Counted from the stretch's first letter, positions 21,276 to 31,510 are shown. The stretch is 64,000 nucleotides of DNA from an uncultured Gammaproteobacteria bacterium (GCA_964470695.1 CAYYDR010000002.1:72401-136400), one strand, 5' to 3'. Notes: a model not told the origin generated them from the letters alone. Numbers and translations are program-made.

Positions 21276-22798
21276 ATGCCGGGGATATATTTTTTTATGC
21301 TAGCGAGCGAGGCTTTGCTTCCATACCGCTTGAGACGGCTAGTGGCTGGTATAAAATTTTTAATGCTTTCCAGAGTAGTTTTTTTAGCGTATTGCTTAAT
21401 ATGATCGCGGGCTCTTTTAGTGCGGACGAATTTTAACCAATCACGGTTAGGGTAGGGGCGTTTTTTTTCAGTAATAATTTCCACGAAGTCGCCATTTTTC
21501 AGTTCTTGGTCTAAGCGTCCAAGTTTGTCATTAATAATTACTCCGGCCGCTTTATTGCCGATATTAGTATGGACAGTATAGGCAAAATCAATTGGAGTTG
21601 ATCCTTCGGGCAATTCAAAAACATCGCCGCGCGGCGAAAAAACGAAAATGCGATCCCGAAAAATGTCTAATTTTATTTTTTTAACGAATTCGCTGGTACT
21701 GCTAATTTCTTTTTGAACATCAATTATTTCTTGGACCCAGGCAGGATTTTTGTCGGTTGATTGTCCGCGTTGATTTTTATAATACCAGTGGGCCGCTAAC
21801 CCATAGATGCTTTCTTCGTGCATTTCCCAGGTTCTAATTTGGAATTCAGCGGCTTTGCCGTCTGGCCCGAAGATGGTCGTATGTAGAGAGCGGTAACCGT
21901 TAGGTTTTGGCACCGCGATATAATCTTTAAATCGGTTAGGCTTAGGCTTCCAGAGCGTATGAATAACGCCTAAAGTTTTGTAGCAATCATCAATGGTTGG
22001 AACAATAATTCTCAAAGCAAAAACATCATAAATTTCGTCAAATTTCCTGTCCTTTCTTTGCATTTTGGAATAAATGCTATAGAGATGTTTAAAGCGAACT
22101 TCTATTTCGTATTTGATGTTGGCTTCTTTAAGCCGGGGAGTTAGAATGCTAGTGACATTATGGAAAAAGCGGTTGCGTTCTACTTTTTTTTCCACCTCAT
22201 ATTTATATTCCAACTCGTGGAACTTATCAGGATAGAGATGTTTAAAACAAATGTCTTCCATTTGCCATTTTAAGCGCGCGATACCCAGTAAGCCGGCGAT
22301 TGGCACATATATTTCTAAAGTTTCTTGGGCAATTCTTTTTTGTTTTTCCGGCGGTAAATTTTCCAAAGTGCGCAGATTATTTAAGCGATCGCAAAATTTA
22401 ATGAAAATAACGCGTAAGTCGCTGGCCATAGCTAGGAACATTTTTTTTAGATTTTCTCTATAACGTTCTATACCTCGGTATTTAATTGTTCCTAATTTAG
22501 TTACTCCTTTAACTAGAGACGCTATTTCTGGGCCGAAAAGGGTATCTATTTCTTCTAAAGTGCGGGGAGTGTCTTCTGGTACGTCATGTAGCAAGCCGGC
22601 GGCGACCGTCGCTAAATCAGCCTTAATTTCGGCTAACATGTAGGCGGTATGGAGGGGGTGCTGGATATATGGTTCGCCATTTTTGCGGAGTTGGCCGGCA
22701 TGAGCGGAATCAGCAAATTCAAAAGCTAGTGACAAGACAGTTGTGTCAGTTTCGGGATGGCTTTCTTGGAATTTTTTGATTATCCGTTCTATGGTCAT
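21266..22798 (-). CDS. rel: RelA/SpoT-homolog (p)ppGpp synthetase/hydrolase (short form: HD, synthetase, TGS)
   Basis: An HD domain (HPLHTAYMLA...LLHDVPEDT), a synthetase region (YRSLHTTI), and a TGS region (IFVFSPRGDVFELPEGSTPIDFAYTVH). 510 aa, with no ACT region. Confidence 0.88.
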   Translation of the reverse strand: MTIERIIKKFQESHPETDTTVLSLAFEFADSAHAGQLRKNGEPYIQHPLHTAYMLAEIKADLATVAAGLLHDVPEDTPRTLEEIDTLFGPEIASLVKGVTKLGTIKYRGIERYRENLKKMFLAMASDLRVIFIKFCDRLNNLRTLENLPPEKQKRIAQETLEIYVPIAGLLGIARLKWQMEDICFKHLYPDKFHELEYKYEVEKKVERNRFFHNVTSILTPRLKEANIKYEIEVRFKHLYSIYSKMQRKDRKFDEIYDVFALRIIVPTIDDCYKTLGVIHTLWKPKPNRFKDYIAVPKPNGYRSLHTTIFGPDGKAAEFQIRTWEMHEESIYGLAAHWYYKNQRGQSTDKNPAWVQEIIDVQKEISSTSEFVKKIKLDIFRDRIFVFSPRGDVFELPEGSTPIDFAYTVHTNIGNKAAGVIINDKLGRLDQELKNGDFVEIITEKKRPYPNRDWLKFVRTKRARDHIKQYAKKTTLESIKNFIPATSRLKRYGSKASLASIKKYIPGIKK

Positions 22799-22824
22799 GA
22801 GTCTTTTTTATTTTTTATCTTTTA

Positions 22825-22833
22825 TGCTATAAT
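22825..22833 (+). promoter_or_regulatory. extended -10 element TGCTATAAT
   Basis: TGnTATAAT at 22825-22833 in the divergent rel/surface-locus intergenic region, 62 nt before ATG 22895. Confidence 0.35.
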
Positions 22834-22894
22834 AAAAACATCATAATTATATCATAGGCAGGAACAATTTAGAAATTTTGACCGCTTATTTTCC

Positions 22895-25579
22895 ATGTCT
22901 AAAAAAGTTAAATTAATTATTCTGACTCTTAGCCTTTTAGGGTTTACAGCTGTAGCCAATTTAGCGCTTGCGGCTGATTTTGGCGTTAACGCGGTTAACA
23001 ATGGTTTGGCTGGTTCACTAGCCTCCACTGATCCGCGCGTTTTAGCGGGGCGCATCATTCAAGTGGCCCTGAGTTTTTTGGGAGCGATAGCGGTTGTGAT
23101 AGTTATGTATGCCGGTTTTCTCTGGATGACTTCAAATGGCGATGAGGAAAAAATAACTCGCGCCAAGAGCATTCTCCGCAATGCTTTGATTGGCTTAATT
23201 ATAATTTTATCAGCCTGGGGCATTACTACTTTTGTTTTATCTAAACTCCTAGGCTCCATTGGCGGCAGTAATAGCGGCGGCTATCCGGAGGGCGGCCACG
23301 GCGGATTTTCTATTCCCGGTGTTGGCGCGATTGGCGCTTGTACTATTGATAGTGCTTATCCGGCTAGCGGCCAGGACGAAGTTCCGCGCAATACTTCAAT
23401 CATGGTTACCTTTAAGGAGCAGGTTAAAACCGATACTTTATGCGTTAATGATGCGGGCTCTATCTGTCCTTGCGATAAAGCCAGTTGTAATAAAATAAAC
23501 CCTGAGGCGATTAGAATTTATAAGAGTGATTTAGGTGATGCTTGCGCTAGTTCCTGCCCTAAACCTAATGGTAATACTACCGATGTCCTGGTTAATGTTT
23601 CTAGTGATGGAAAAACTTTAATTATGACTCCGACTAGCTTCTTTGGCTCGGCTGATGGCAATACCTCATATTCAGTTAGACTGACTAATAAAGTTAAGAA
23701 GCTAGATGATTCTTCAATGTTTAAAAATTGTGCTTCTGATTTTGCGGCTTGGCAGTTTACGGTTAGCAGTAAGCTTGATTTGGTGCCGCCTATTGTTTCT
23801 TTAAACGGAATTTTCCCTCTGCCTGACAATGAAAAGGATATTTATAAAGAAATAACCGTTGCTAAGGCCGCTAGCGGAGCAATTAGTGTTGAAAATTGCC
23901 CGCAAGTTTATGCCTCTAGCCAAGTTACTAGTGTTATTCCTAAGGGCCCGGACGTTTCCTTGGATTATCATGGCGCTATTTCTAAATTTAAAATTTCGGT
24001 TCCCGCTGGCGCGCCTGATAAGGCACAGCTATTTGATGGCCAAGATAATTTATTAGGAATTACTGATTTTAAAGCAGGCGGGGTAGCTACTTTTAAAGAT
24101 TATTTAACTTTTACATCAGAGCTTCATCCCGAGGGGAGCCTTTGGGTAGTTGATATAGAAACGGAAAAATTAGCTGATACTCTAACTGTTAATGATACGG
24201 TTTATACTTTTGCGGCCGGATCAGAAAATAATAATATTAAAGTGCCGGCTGTTTGCGATAAAAATATTCAAGCCGCTAATATCCAAGCTAAGTTAAGTGG
24301 TCACCCTGATATTGAAGTGGCTAGAACCGGCAACAAAATAGATATTAATGCTAAGGTGGCTGGCCAGGGCGGCAATAATATTGCTTTGGCTACCACTGAT
24401 GCCAGTAAATTAGTTATTACTCCGCTGACTGGCGGTAGTGATAGGCAAGAATCAAATTTACCGCGAGATAAAAAGGATAGGCCGATGAATTCGGCTATCC
24501 AGATAAACTTTAATGAAGCCATTAACCCCTTAACAGTCTCTGGATCCGCAGCGGAAGTTGATAAATATATTAGAGTGGTTAACGCTAGCGCCTCTAGCAG
24601 TCCGGCTGGCGCTACTTGTAGTAATGATAAAGACTGCCGGTCTTATAAATGTGATAATAGTGTTTGCGTTGGTAATTATATAGGCGGAAAGTTCATGGTC
24701 AGTAATGGCTATAAAACTTTAGAATTTGTTTCTGATAGAGAATGCGGGATGAATGGTTGCGGCGAAAAAATTTATTGCCTGCCCGCTAATAGTCATTTGA
24801 GTTTAGAACTGATGGCCGCTAATTTAAAAGTTTGCAGTAGCGATATTGATTGTGCTGCGCTTAATCCTTTTAAGACCTGTTCTTCAACCGCTTTCGGTTA
24901 TAAGACTTGTCAGGATACGGCTGGCCGTAATTTCCCGGCCGCTAACCTCGGCGCTTTAGATGGTATTGTTGATGCCGCTATAAATTCTTTTGACGGAGCG
25001 CGCAATGGTTTTGCCGATGGCCCGCTTAACTTCTATAACGATAACTACAGCGCGACCTCCACGGAAAATACTAACAAGCAGGATAAGTATAAATGGTCTT
25101 TTTATATTAATGATCAGATTATGCTGAATCCTCCTCAAATAACTTCGGTCATGCCAACCCAGGGGCAGGGAAATATTAATTTAGCTGATCCGATTGAAAT
25201 TACTTTTAACGCTCTGATGATGAATAGCACTCTTAGAACTGGCAGCACAGTTATCAGTAGTGGAACTTCTAGTATTGAACATAAGTTGGTTAATCTGCGC
25301 AGCTCATCTCCTAGCCCGCTTGGTTATTGGGTCGTTAATGATAATAAGGATATGCCGCCTTTAGACGGTGAGCCAGATATTACTATTGCCAGAATAGCTC
25401 ATTCTCCTCTTGCAGAATCATCTACTTTCAAGGCACAGATAGGTTCTGGCGTTAAAGATATTTATCAAAATTGTTATAAGCCAAGTGCTGGCCCTAATTG
25501 CGCCGCAACCGCCGAAAAGCCTTCTTGCTGCTTTGGTTCCCCTACTAGCCAGTTAGGATCTAATGGCAATTGTCAGTAG
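22895..25579 (+). CDS. large surface protein: signal peptide plus VirB2/TrbC-like two-TM pilin-type anchor, Ig-like (SbsA/Big_5-type) domains and Cys-rich knots
   Basis: 894-aa intact ORF. The N-terminal ~125 aa are 64% identical to the N-terminus of the next ORF. Motifs of the form P.....P..G...V..N..I.I.F recur three times. One Cys-rich stretch is CSNDKDCRSYKCDNSVCVG. Confidence 0.8.
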   Translation: MSKKVKLIILTLSLLGFTAVANLALAADFGVNAVNNGLAGSLASTDPRVLAGRIIQVALSFLGAIAVVIVMYAGFLWMTSNGDEEKITRAKSILRNALIGLIIILSAWGITTFVLSKLLGSIGGSNSGGYPEGGHGGFSIPGVGAIGACTIDSAYPASGQDEVPRNTSIMVTFKEQVKTDTLCVNDAGSICPCDKASCNKINPEAIRIYKSDLGDACASSCPKPNGNTTDVLVNVSSDGKTLIMTPTSFFGSADGNTSYSVRLTNKVKKLDDSSMFKNCASDFAAWQFTVSSKLDLVPPIVSLNGIFPLPDNEKDIYKEITVAKAASGAISVENCPQVYASSQVTSVIPKGPDVSLDYHGAISKFKISVPAGAPDKAQLFDGQDNLLGITDFKAGGVATFKDYLTFTSELHPEGSLWVVDIETEKLADTLTVNDTVYTFAAGSENNNIKVPAVCDKNIQAANIQAKLSGHPDIEVARTGNKIDINAKVAGQGGNNIALATTDASKLVITPLTGGSDRQESNLPRDKKDRPMNSAIQINFNEAINPLTVSGSAAEVDKYIRVVNASASSSPAGATCSNDKDCRSYKCDNSVCVGNYIGGKFMVSNGYKTLEFVSDRECGMNGCGEKIYCLPANSHLSLELMAANLKVCSSDIDCAALNPFKTCSSTAFGYKTCQDTAGRNFPAANLGALDGIVDAAINSFDGARNGFADGPLNFYNDNYSATSTENTNKQDKYKWSFYINDQIMLNPPQITSVMPTQGQGNINLADPIEITFNALMMNSTLRTGSTVISSGTSSIEHKLVNLRSSSPSPLGYWVVNDNKDMPPLDGEPDITIARIAHSPLAESSTFKAQIGSGVKDIYQNCYKPSAGPNCAATAEKPSCCFGSPTSQLGSNGNCQ

Positions 25580-25617
25580 AAAAATAGTTTTAGTTAGCCG
25601 ATTTTTAAGATAAATTT

Positions 25618-28600
25618 GTGTTTAGAAAAATTAGTAAAAATTTATTAGTTTTTAGTTTACTATTCACCTTGGTCGGATTTTTTATTATTTCCGGACAGGC
25701 TTTAGCTCAGACTTTTGGTACAGAGGCGGTTAGTAATGGCCTAAATAATTCTTTAACTACAGTTGACCCAAGAACCATTGCTGGGCGAATTATTAATTTA
25801 TCGTTAGGATTTCTTGGTCTTATTGCGATGGGCTTAATGCTTTATGCGGGTTTTACTTGGATGACAGCGGGCGGCAATGAAGAAAAAATAGAAACGGCTA
25901 AAAAGATTCTAAGGAACGCCGCGATTGGTTTAATAATAATTTTAGCTTCTTGGGGAATAGCGACCTTTGTCTTAAGTCGTCTAGGCGGGACCTTAGGAGG
26001 TAATGGTGGTCCGGGCGGATGCTATGAAGGAGAAATATCAGCTTGTGGCTGCGGCGGTTCAATGGTTTGCAGCGGTGGTTCTTATGGCGGTTGTATCGGT
26101 TCAGATTGCAGCGGTGGCGGGATTACTCCGTCAGGCTGTGATGCTAGCCCTAATCCCGGCTGCCAGGCGGCGGCCCAAATTTGTTCCCCCAGTGATTACT
26201 GCGACGCGTCTGACTGCGGCTGTAAACCTAAAGGCAATCTAGGTGATCCTTGTAGCAGCGACCCTGATCAAGCTAAGTGTGTCGCTGATGATACTCGTTG
26301 TGCAGAATATTTATCATGCAATCCCAGCACTTGTACTTGTTATGGCCCCCCGGTTATTACGGAAATTAGTCCGGTCGGCGGATTTTGTAATGAAAATTCT
26401 AATAAGTCATGTACTAAAAATAGCGATTGCTCCTCAGGTTGTAATCTAGAGGCGCCGAATGGAACGGCTAATAATTTTGTTACTATTTTGGGCAAGAATT
26501 TTGGTTCGTACTCGGCTACTTCTAGCCAAGTAATTTTTGCTGCTAGCAGCACCCGGTTAACCGCTAAGCAGCCATCAGAGCTTAACTCCGCTTGTATTAA
26601 TACTTGGCGCGATGATCAGATTGTAGTCGCTGTCCCAGCCGGTCCGGCTAGTGGTCCGATTAAAGTAGTTAATAGTGACAGTTTAAGTGATACGACTGGT
26701 GATAGTTATGGCCCGACTATTCCTGATTTTGAAGCTAATAATATTTCTCGCCCTGGTTTATGCTACCTTAATCCCAATCGCGGCCTATTAAGTTCAGAAG
26801 TTGGCTATCAGGGGATTAACCTTTATTCTGGTAAAGCCTATTTTGGCAGTTACGAGAATAATGTTCGCGCTCTTGATTCCCAGTTTAATAATTCCGCCGG
26901 TTTAAATGGCACCTCAACTACGCCGAATATTAGACCGGGCGATTCTGGCAGTTTCGTCGCTACTACTATCTCTGGCCAGCCGGAGAAAAGTAATTATTTA
27001 CGTTTTACAAAAGATTCTGAACCAGGGGACGGACCATTTATATCTTCTTTCTATCCTACTATTGGTAATACTGGCCAGTATGTAACCATTCGCGGTAATG
27101 GTTTTGGCGGGGCCAAGGGGACTTCTCGGGTTTATTTCGGCGAGACTGAAGCGGCCTATGATTTTCCTGACATGTGTGTTAATTCGGTTTGGAAAAATAA
27201 CCAAATTATCGTTAAAGTTCCTGTTGGACTAGTTGATGGCTACCAGACTATTTCTATTAAGATATCCTCCACGACTATTGATACTAAAAAGCTCAATCCT
27301 AACGCCTTCTTGTCGGATAAGAATGCTGTTTTGAAATCTAGTTTATGCAAGATAGAGCCTGATCGCGGTCCGGCCGCGACCCCGGTGGTTATTTGGGGGG
27401 AATACTTTGGTAAAGTAGATTCTCTGGGTTTGGCAAAATTCAATTATGATAAGTCGGCTACCGGCACTATTAAAAAAGATGGCCGAGCCGATATGCTAAA
27501 GACTGCTGTGCCTGAAGCGGCTATTACCGGACCAGTTAGAGTTATTAATAATAGCGTTTGGGGCAATGAATTAAATTTTTATATCGGCGAATGTACTAAG
27601 GATGCTGATTGCGGCACTCAAGTTTGTTGTCCTAAGAATACCTATAGAGAAGGGCGCTGTGTCTCTTCTTTGTCCAGTTGTTTTATTGATATTCCTAACT
27701 CGGTATTTGAATGGAGCTTTAGCACTGGTTTTAGTACTACTACCCCCGACTTTACTGGCAGCTGCGCGGGGCTGGCACAATATTTTGGTTCTTGCCAGAT
27801 TGGAGCGACCTGCCCTAATGTTCCTGGTTCCTGCTCTCCTTACGCGGGCGGCGGCAAGAAGGTGGTGGCTAATTGTGATTATAATTGTGCCAGCATTTCC
27901 AGCTGCGGTCTGTTAGGGAGCGATTGTACTTATAATTCCACGATTGATAAGTGCGTAAAAAACAGCGGCAGTAATGGCGCTTGTGATTTAACCCAAGAAT
28001 TCTCTTATATATTAGATGCCAGTGCTAAAGAATATAAAACCACTAAAACTTGTAACGCTGATAGGCACTGGGAGATTAGCAGTCCTACCTCTTGTCCTAT
28101 TGGCTGGTCAAAAGCCAGTAATAATAAATGTGTTGATTTAAGGCCAGGTTCTGAATGTTCTTCTTGTGATGTTGGTTCGCAGTGTGAAAAAGTTAATTCA
28201 TCTGATAGCCTTGGTTATTGTGTATCTCCTAAATTATGCCCGAGCGGGGCTACTTGTGAAAATAATCCAGTCGCCAGTGAACCAGATAGATGTGTCATTC
28301 CGGATCAGCCTACTTGCGATTGTTGTTGCCAGATTGGCCAAGACGCGCGTGATTGTTGTGCCCCTTTGAAATGTGTCGGTACTTGCGGCGCAGATACAGG
28401 AAAAACTAGCGGCGCGACGTTAGGTAAATGCGGCGGTTGTAAATCAGTCGGATCAACTCCGGAAGAGCGCGACGCAGCTTGTAATTGTAGCGGTCACAGC
28501 GGTCAGTTCTGCGATATTAGTAATGCGGCTTTCCCGGACGGCGTCTGCACGGACTGCTCTAATTTAAGCGGGACAGATTGCACTGATCATAGTAGCGCTT

Positions 28601-31494
28601 GCTGTTTGGATGCTAAAAAAACAGCGACCACGACTGACGATATTTGTCGGGGTGGGTCGGCTATTTCTAGCGATCCGTCTGCTTATGGTTATGGTTACTG
28701 CGCCTACTTTAAATGCGAAACTTTGACTTCTACTCCTCCTGGCGACCCGACTAAGTGCGCTTCTTCTACTAAACTTATCATTGGTGATTATAGTAGCCTA
28801 GAAGCTTGCGCGAATGATTGCCAAGAGGCTGATCCTTGCGCTGGCATTACGGCAATTGATGAATGCTTAAAGCATAGTCGTTGCTGCTTTGATTCTAAGA
28901 TTGCCAGCTCTACCAAGTGCCGGTTAGGCGACGCTATTACCGGCACTACCCCAGCGGATAATGGTTATTGCGCTTATTATGATTGTCAGACGGCCAGCTC
29001 TACTCCTCCTGGCGACCCGACTAAGTGCGCTTCAAGTACTCCGAGTAAATCTGGTAGCTATAAGACTATAGATTTCTGCGCCTTATCTTGCTCTAATAAT
29101 TTAGCTGGTCCAGGCCTGTCTTGCGATGGCCAAGCTACTTCAACTTGTGCTAGTGATAAATGTAATTTTCCCGGTTTTGGTTGTTTCTTAGATGGCGGTA
29201 ATCTTGGCACAGCTTCACCAAATTGCGGAACTTGCTGCTGTCAGCCAGGCTTAGCGCCGAGCCAGGATGTCTGTACGGTTGCTAATCCAAAATTGTCTTG
29301 CGTAGCCGATAAAGGTAGTTGTAAAGGAGAGGGCGCAAATAGCGGTAAGCGCGGTTTATGCTGCGGCTGCCAGGCTGATACAGATTGTGGTTCATCAGAA
29401 AATATTGGTTGCGGATTAGATACTTGTTGCCAGGCTCGTCCGCAGATTACTACTTCTACCCCAGCCCATTTAGCTGATAAGGTTTGCCGCAATGCTTTGA
29501 TTAAAGTGAATTTTGATTTCTTAATGGATCAGGGAAGCTTTAGTGATAACGTTTTACTTTTAGAAGAGAGAGATTATGGTAACGGTGTCTGTCCGGCAGG
29601 AACTTTTGTCGCCCAGGGAGACTCGGTTGATGATTTGTTACGCCAGAGAGATAAGAATTGGCTAGCTCGTTTGTCGGAAAATATTGCCGCTGCTTGGTCC
29701 AAGTTAGCGAAGAAATTCTCGGGGACAGCACTCGCCGATCTGCCTAGCAGTACTAAATTATATTGTTCTGTTCCGGGGACGACTTATGGCGAAGATATTG
29801 GTAATCCAGGGACTTTGGTCTTTGCGCCACAAAGGTTACTAGCTCCAGCCGCTAATTATTATTTGGTTATTAAGGGAGATGAAGATTTAAATAGTAAGAC
29901 TGGCGTTTTGAGCGCCTCGGGAATTGGCTTTAATGGTCAAGGTTATATTGAGGGCGGCGTGGCGACTGAAGGTGCTTTAATTAGTTTTAATAACCGTAGT
30001 TATAAGAACTCCCAAATTATTAAGTTTTCTACCCTTTCCGATCAGGGTCCAGCGGCCGGAATTTGCGCGGTTGATAAAGTAACGGTTAGCCCAGCCTCCT
30101 ATCTCTTTAAGACTACTAATAATAGTTTGGATGAGGACGATGTTAATGTTAACAGTAAGACTTTTGACACGGTCGCTGATAGAGACAAGGTTTTTACTGC
30201 TCAAGCTTATAGCGCCAGTAATCAAGTAATTCAACCGGTCAGCGGTTATTTCTGGGATTGGCAGTTTAAACTTGATAACACAGATATTGCCGCGACTAGC
30301 TCAGTGGCTAATTTAGCGGCGAGCAAGATACTGGTTTCTGCTAAGACGGGTGTGACCGATGCTGATACTAAAGTAACGGCCACGATTAACATGAATCGCT
30401 TTGCGACGCCTAGCTGTTCGGCGGGCAGCTGTTCTTGTTTGGCTGATACCAACTGTAGCAATAATTGCTGCAATGTTTATAGCGGTGGGGATAAATTCAA
30501 TAAGGCCGCGGATCTTTATATATTTGTTTGTAATAATCCTTGGCCGCCAGTTGGCAGCGGTGGGACTTGGTCACCTTGGGTTGATAATTGTACTGGTTCT
30601 ATTGCTGGCCCATGCAATAATTATAATTATAAATTCTATTATTGCCGCGATGCGGGAGTAGCAGGGACTTTAGATGACTTGCCAGCTATTTTAAATCAAC
30701 CAGTTATTCGTGGCGAGAGCAGTAATTTAATATGTACGGCTGATAAGAGTCCTTGCGCCGTTCAGGATACCCCCTGTGGACCAGATAAAAATAGTGATGG
30801 TAAGTTAGATGGTCTATGTATTTGGAATGTTCTAAAAGAATCTTATTTCTTCCGCGAGGCGATTTTATCAGGCGGCGAATTAATTAGTGTTACTGATAAT
30901 GGGACTGACGGGGCCGTTAAGGTAACCTGGCGTTCAGACGCCAGCCAAGTCGCTTCTTACAAGGTTTATTATTTAAAGTCTGGCAAAGGCGCGATGTTAT
31001 CTAAAGAAGTCCCTGCTAGCAGTTGTTCTAAAGTTGGGACAATTAATAATTGCAATACCATTATTAGCGGGTTAACTAATAATATCCCTTATATTTTTAA
31101 GATCAGCGTTATTTCTGTTAATAAAACGGAAAGCTCTCTATCAAGTGAAAAGTCGGCTACGCCGACTGATAAAACAGCGCCGGCTGTTCCGGCTGGCCTG
31201 ACCGTTCAAGTGCCGTCTACCGCTACCTCTACTTTGAGGTTCAGCTGGACAGCTAATAGTGATGACACGGCCTTCTACCGTCTATACCATGGTGTTATCC
31301 CGGGAAGTTATGGAGAATCATTTGATTCAGCTAAAAAATTAACCAGTTTAAGTTTTCCTCTGAGCCAGTTTACTACTTCTAGCGACCATTATTTTGTTTT
31401 ATCAGCAGTTGATTCTAGCGGCAATGAAAGCGCTAAATCATTTCCGGAAGTTGTTCGCCCTAAAGTCAATTCCTATTATTCTAGTGGGTATTAA
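25618..31494 (+). CDS. giant cysteine-rich surface protein: pilin-type two-TM anchor, IPT/TIG-like repeats, long Cys-rich region, Ig-like domain, two C-terminal FN3-like domains
   Basis: 1958-aa uninterrupted ORF with a GTG start and a clear signal peptide. TIG-like segments include GQYVTIRGNGFGG. FN3-like segments include VKVTWRSDASQVASYKVYY and LRFSWTANSDDTAFYRLYHG. Confidence 0.85.
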   Translation: MFRKISKNLLVFSLLFTLVGFFIISGQALAQTFGTEAVSNGLNNSLTTVDPRTIAGRIINLSLGFLGLIAMGLMLYAGFTWMTAGGNEEKIETAKKILRNAAIGLIIILASWGIATFVLSRLGGTLGGNGGPGGCYEGEISACGCGGSMVCSGGSYGGCIGSDCSGGGITPSGCDASPNPGCQAAAQICSPSDYCDASDCGCKPKGNLGDPCSSDPDQAKCVADDTRCAEYLSCNPSTCTCYGPPVITEISPVGGFCNENSNKSCTKNSDCSSGCNLEAPNGTANNFVTILGKNFGSYSATSSQVIFAASSTRLTAKQPSELNSACINTWRDDQIVVAVPAGPASGPIKVVNSDSLSDTTGDSYGPTIPDFEANNISRPGLCYLNPNRGLLSSEVGYQGINLYSGKAYFGSYENNVRALDSQFNNSAGLNGTSTTPNIRPGDSGSFVATTISGQPEKSNYLRFTKDSEPGDGPFISSFYPTIGNTGQYVTIRGNGFGGAKGTSRVYFGETEAAYDFPDMCVNSVWKNNQIIVKVPVGLVDGYQTISIKISSTTIDTKKLNPNAFLSDKNAVLKSSLCKIEPDRGPAATPVVIWGEYFGKVDSLGLAKFNYDKSATGTIKKDGRADMLKTAVPEAAITGPVRVINNSVWGNELNFYIGECTKDADCGTQVCCPKNTYREGRCVSSLSSCFIDIPNSVFEWSFSTGFSTTTPDFTGSCAGLAQYFGSCQIGATCPNVPGSCSPYAGGGKKVVANCDYNCASISSCGLLGSDCTYNSTIDKCVKNSGSNGACDLTQEFSYILDASAKEYKTTKTCNADRHWEISSPTSCPIGWSKASNNKCVDLRPGSECSSCDVGSQCEKVNSSDSLGYCVSPKLCPSGATCENNPVASEPDRCVIPDQPTCDCCCQIGQDARDCCAPLKCVGTCGADTGKTSGATLGKCGGCKSVGSTPEERDAACNCSGHSGQFCDISNAAFPDGVCTDCSNLSGTDCTDHSSACCLDAKKTATTTDDICRGGSAISSDPSAYGYGYCAYFKCETLTSTPPGDPTKCASSTKLIIGDYSSLEACANDCQEADPCAGITAIDECLKHSRCCFDSKIASSTKCRLGDAITGTTPADNGYCAYYDCQTASSTPPGDPTKCASSTPSKSGSYKTIDFCALSCSNNLAGPGLSCDGQATSTCASDKCNFPGFGCFLDGGNLGTASPNCGTCCCQPGLAPSQDVCTVANPKLSCVADKGSCKGEGANSGKRGLCCGCQADTDCGSSENIGCGLDTCCQARPQITTSTPAHLADKVCRNALIKVNFDFLMDQGSFSDNVLLLEERDYGNGVCPAGTFVAQGDSVDDLLRQRDKNWLARLSENIAAAWSKLAKKFSGTALADLPSSTKLYCSVPGTTYGEDIGNPGTLVFAPQRLLAPAANYYLVIKGDEDLNSKTGVLSASGIGFNGQGYIEGGVATEGALISFNNRSYKNSQIIKFSTLSDQGPAAGICAVDKVTVSPASYLFKTTNNSLDEDDVNVNSKTFDTVADRDKVFTAQAYSASNQVIQPVSGYFWDWQFKLDNTDIAATSSVANLAASKILVSAKTGVTDADTKVTATINMNRFATPSCSAGSCSCLADTNCSNNCCNVYSGGDKFNKAADLYIFVCNNPWPPVGSGGTWSPWVDNCTGSIAGPCNNYNYKFYYCRDAGVAGTLDDLPAILNQPVIRGESSNLICTADKSPCAVQDTPCGPDKNSDGKLDGLCIWNVLKESYFFREAILSGGELISVTDNGTDGAVKVTWRSDASQVASYKVYYLKSGKGAMLSKEVPASSCSKVGTINNCNTIISGLTNNIPYIFKISVISVNKTESSLSSEKSATPTDKTAPAVPAGLTVQVPSTATSTLRFSWTANSDDTAFYRLYHGVIPGSYGESFDSAKKLTSLSFPLSQFTTSSDHYFVLSAVDSSGNESAKSFPEVVRPKVNSYYSSGY
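28579..29094 (+). repeat. intragenic tandem duplication of a ~90-aa Cys-rich module
   Basis: 35-nt perfect repeat TCTACTCCTCCTGGCGACCCGACTAAGTGCGCTTC at 28729-28763 and 28999-29033. The flanking protein modules are similar (GYCAYFKCETLTSTPPGDPTKCASST versus GYCAYYDCQTASSTPPGDPTKCASST). Confidence 0.85.
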
Positions 31495-31510
31495 CCACTA
31501 ATATTTATAT

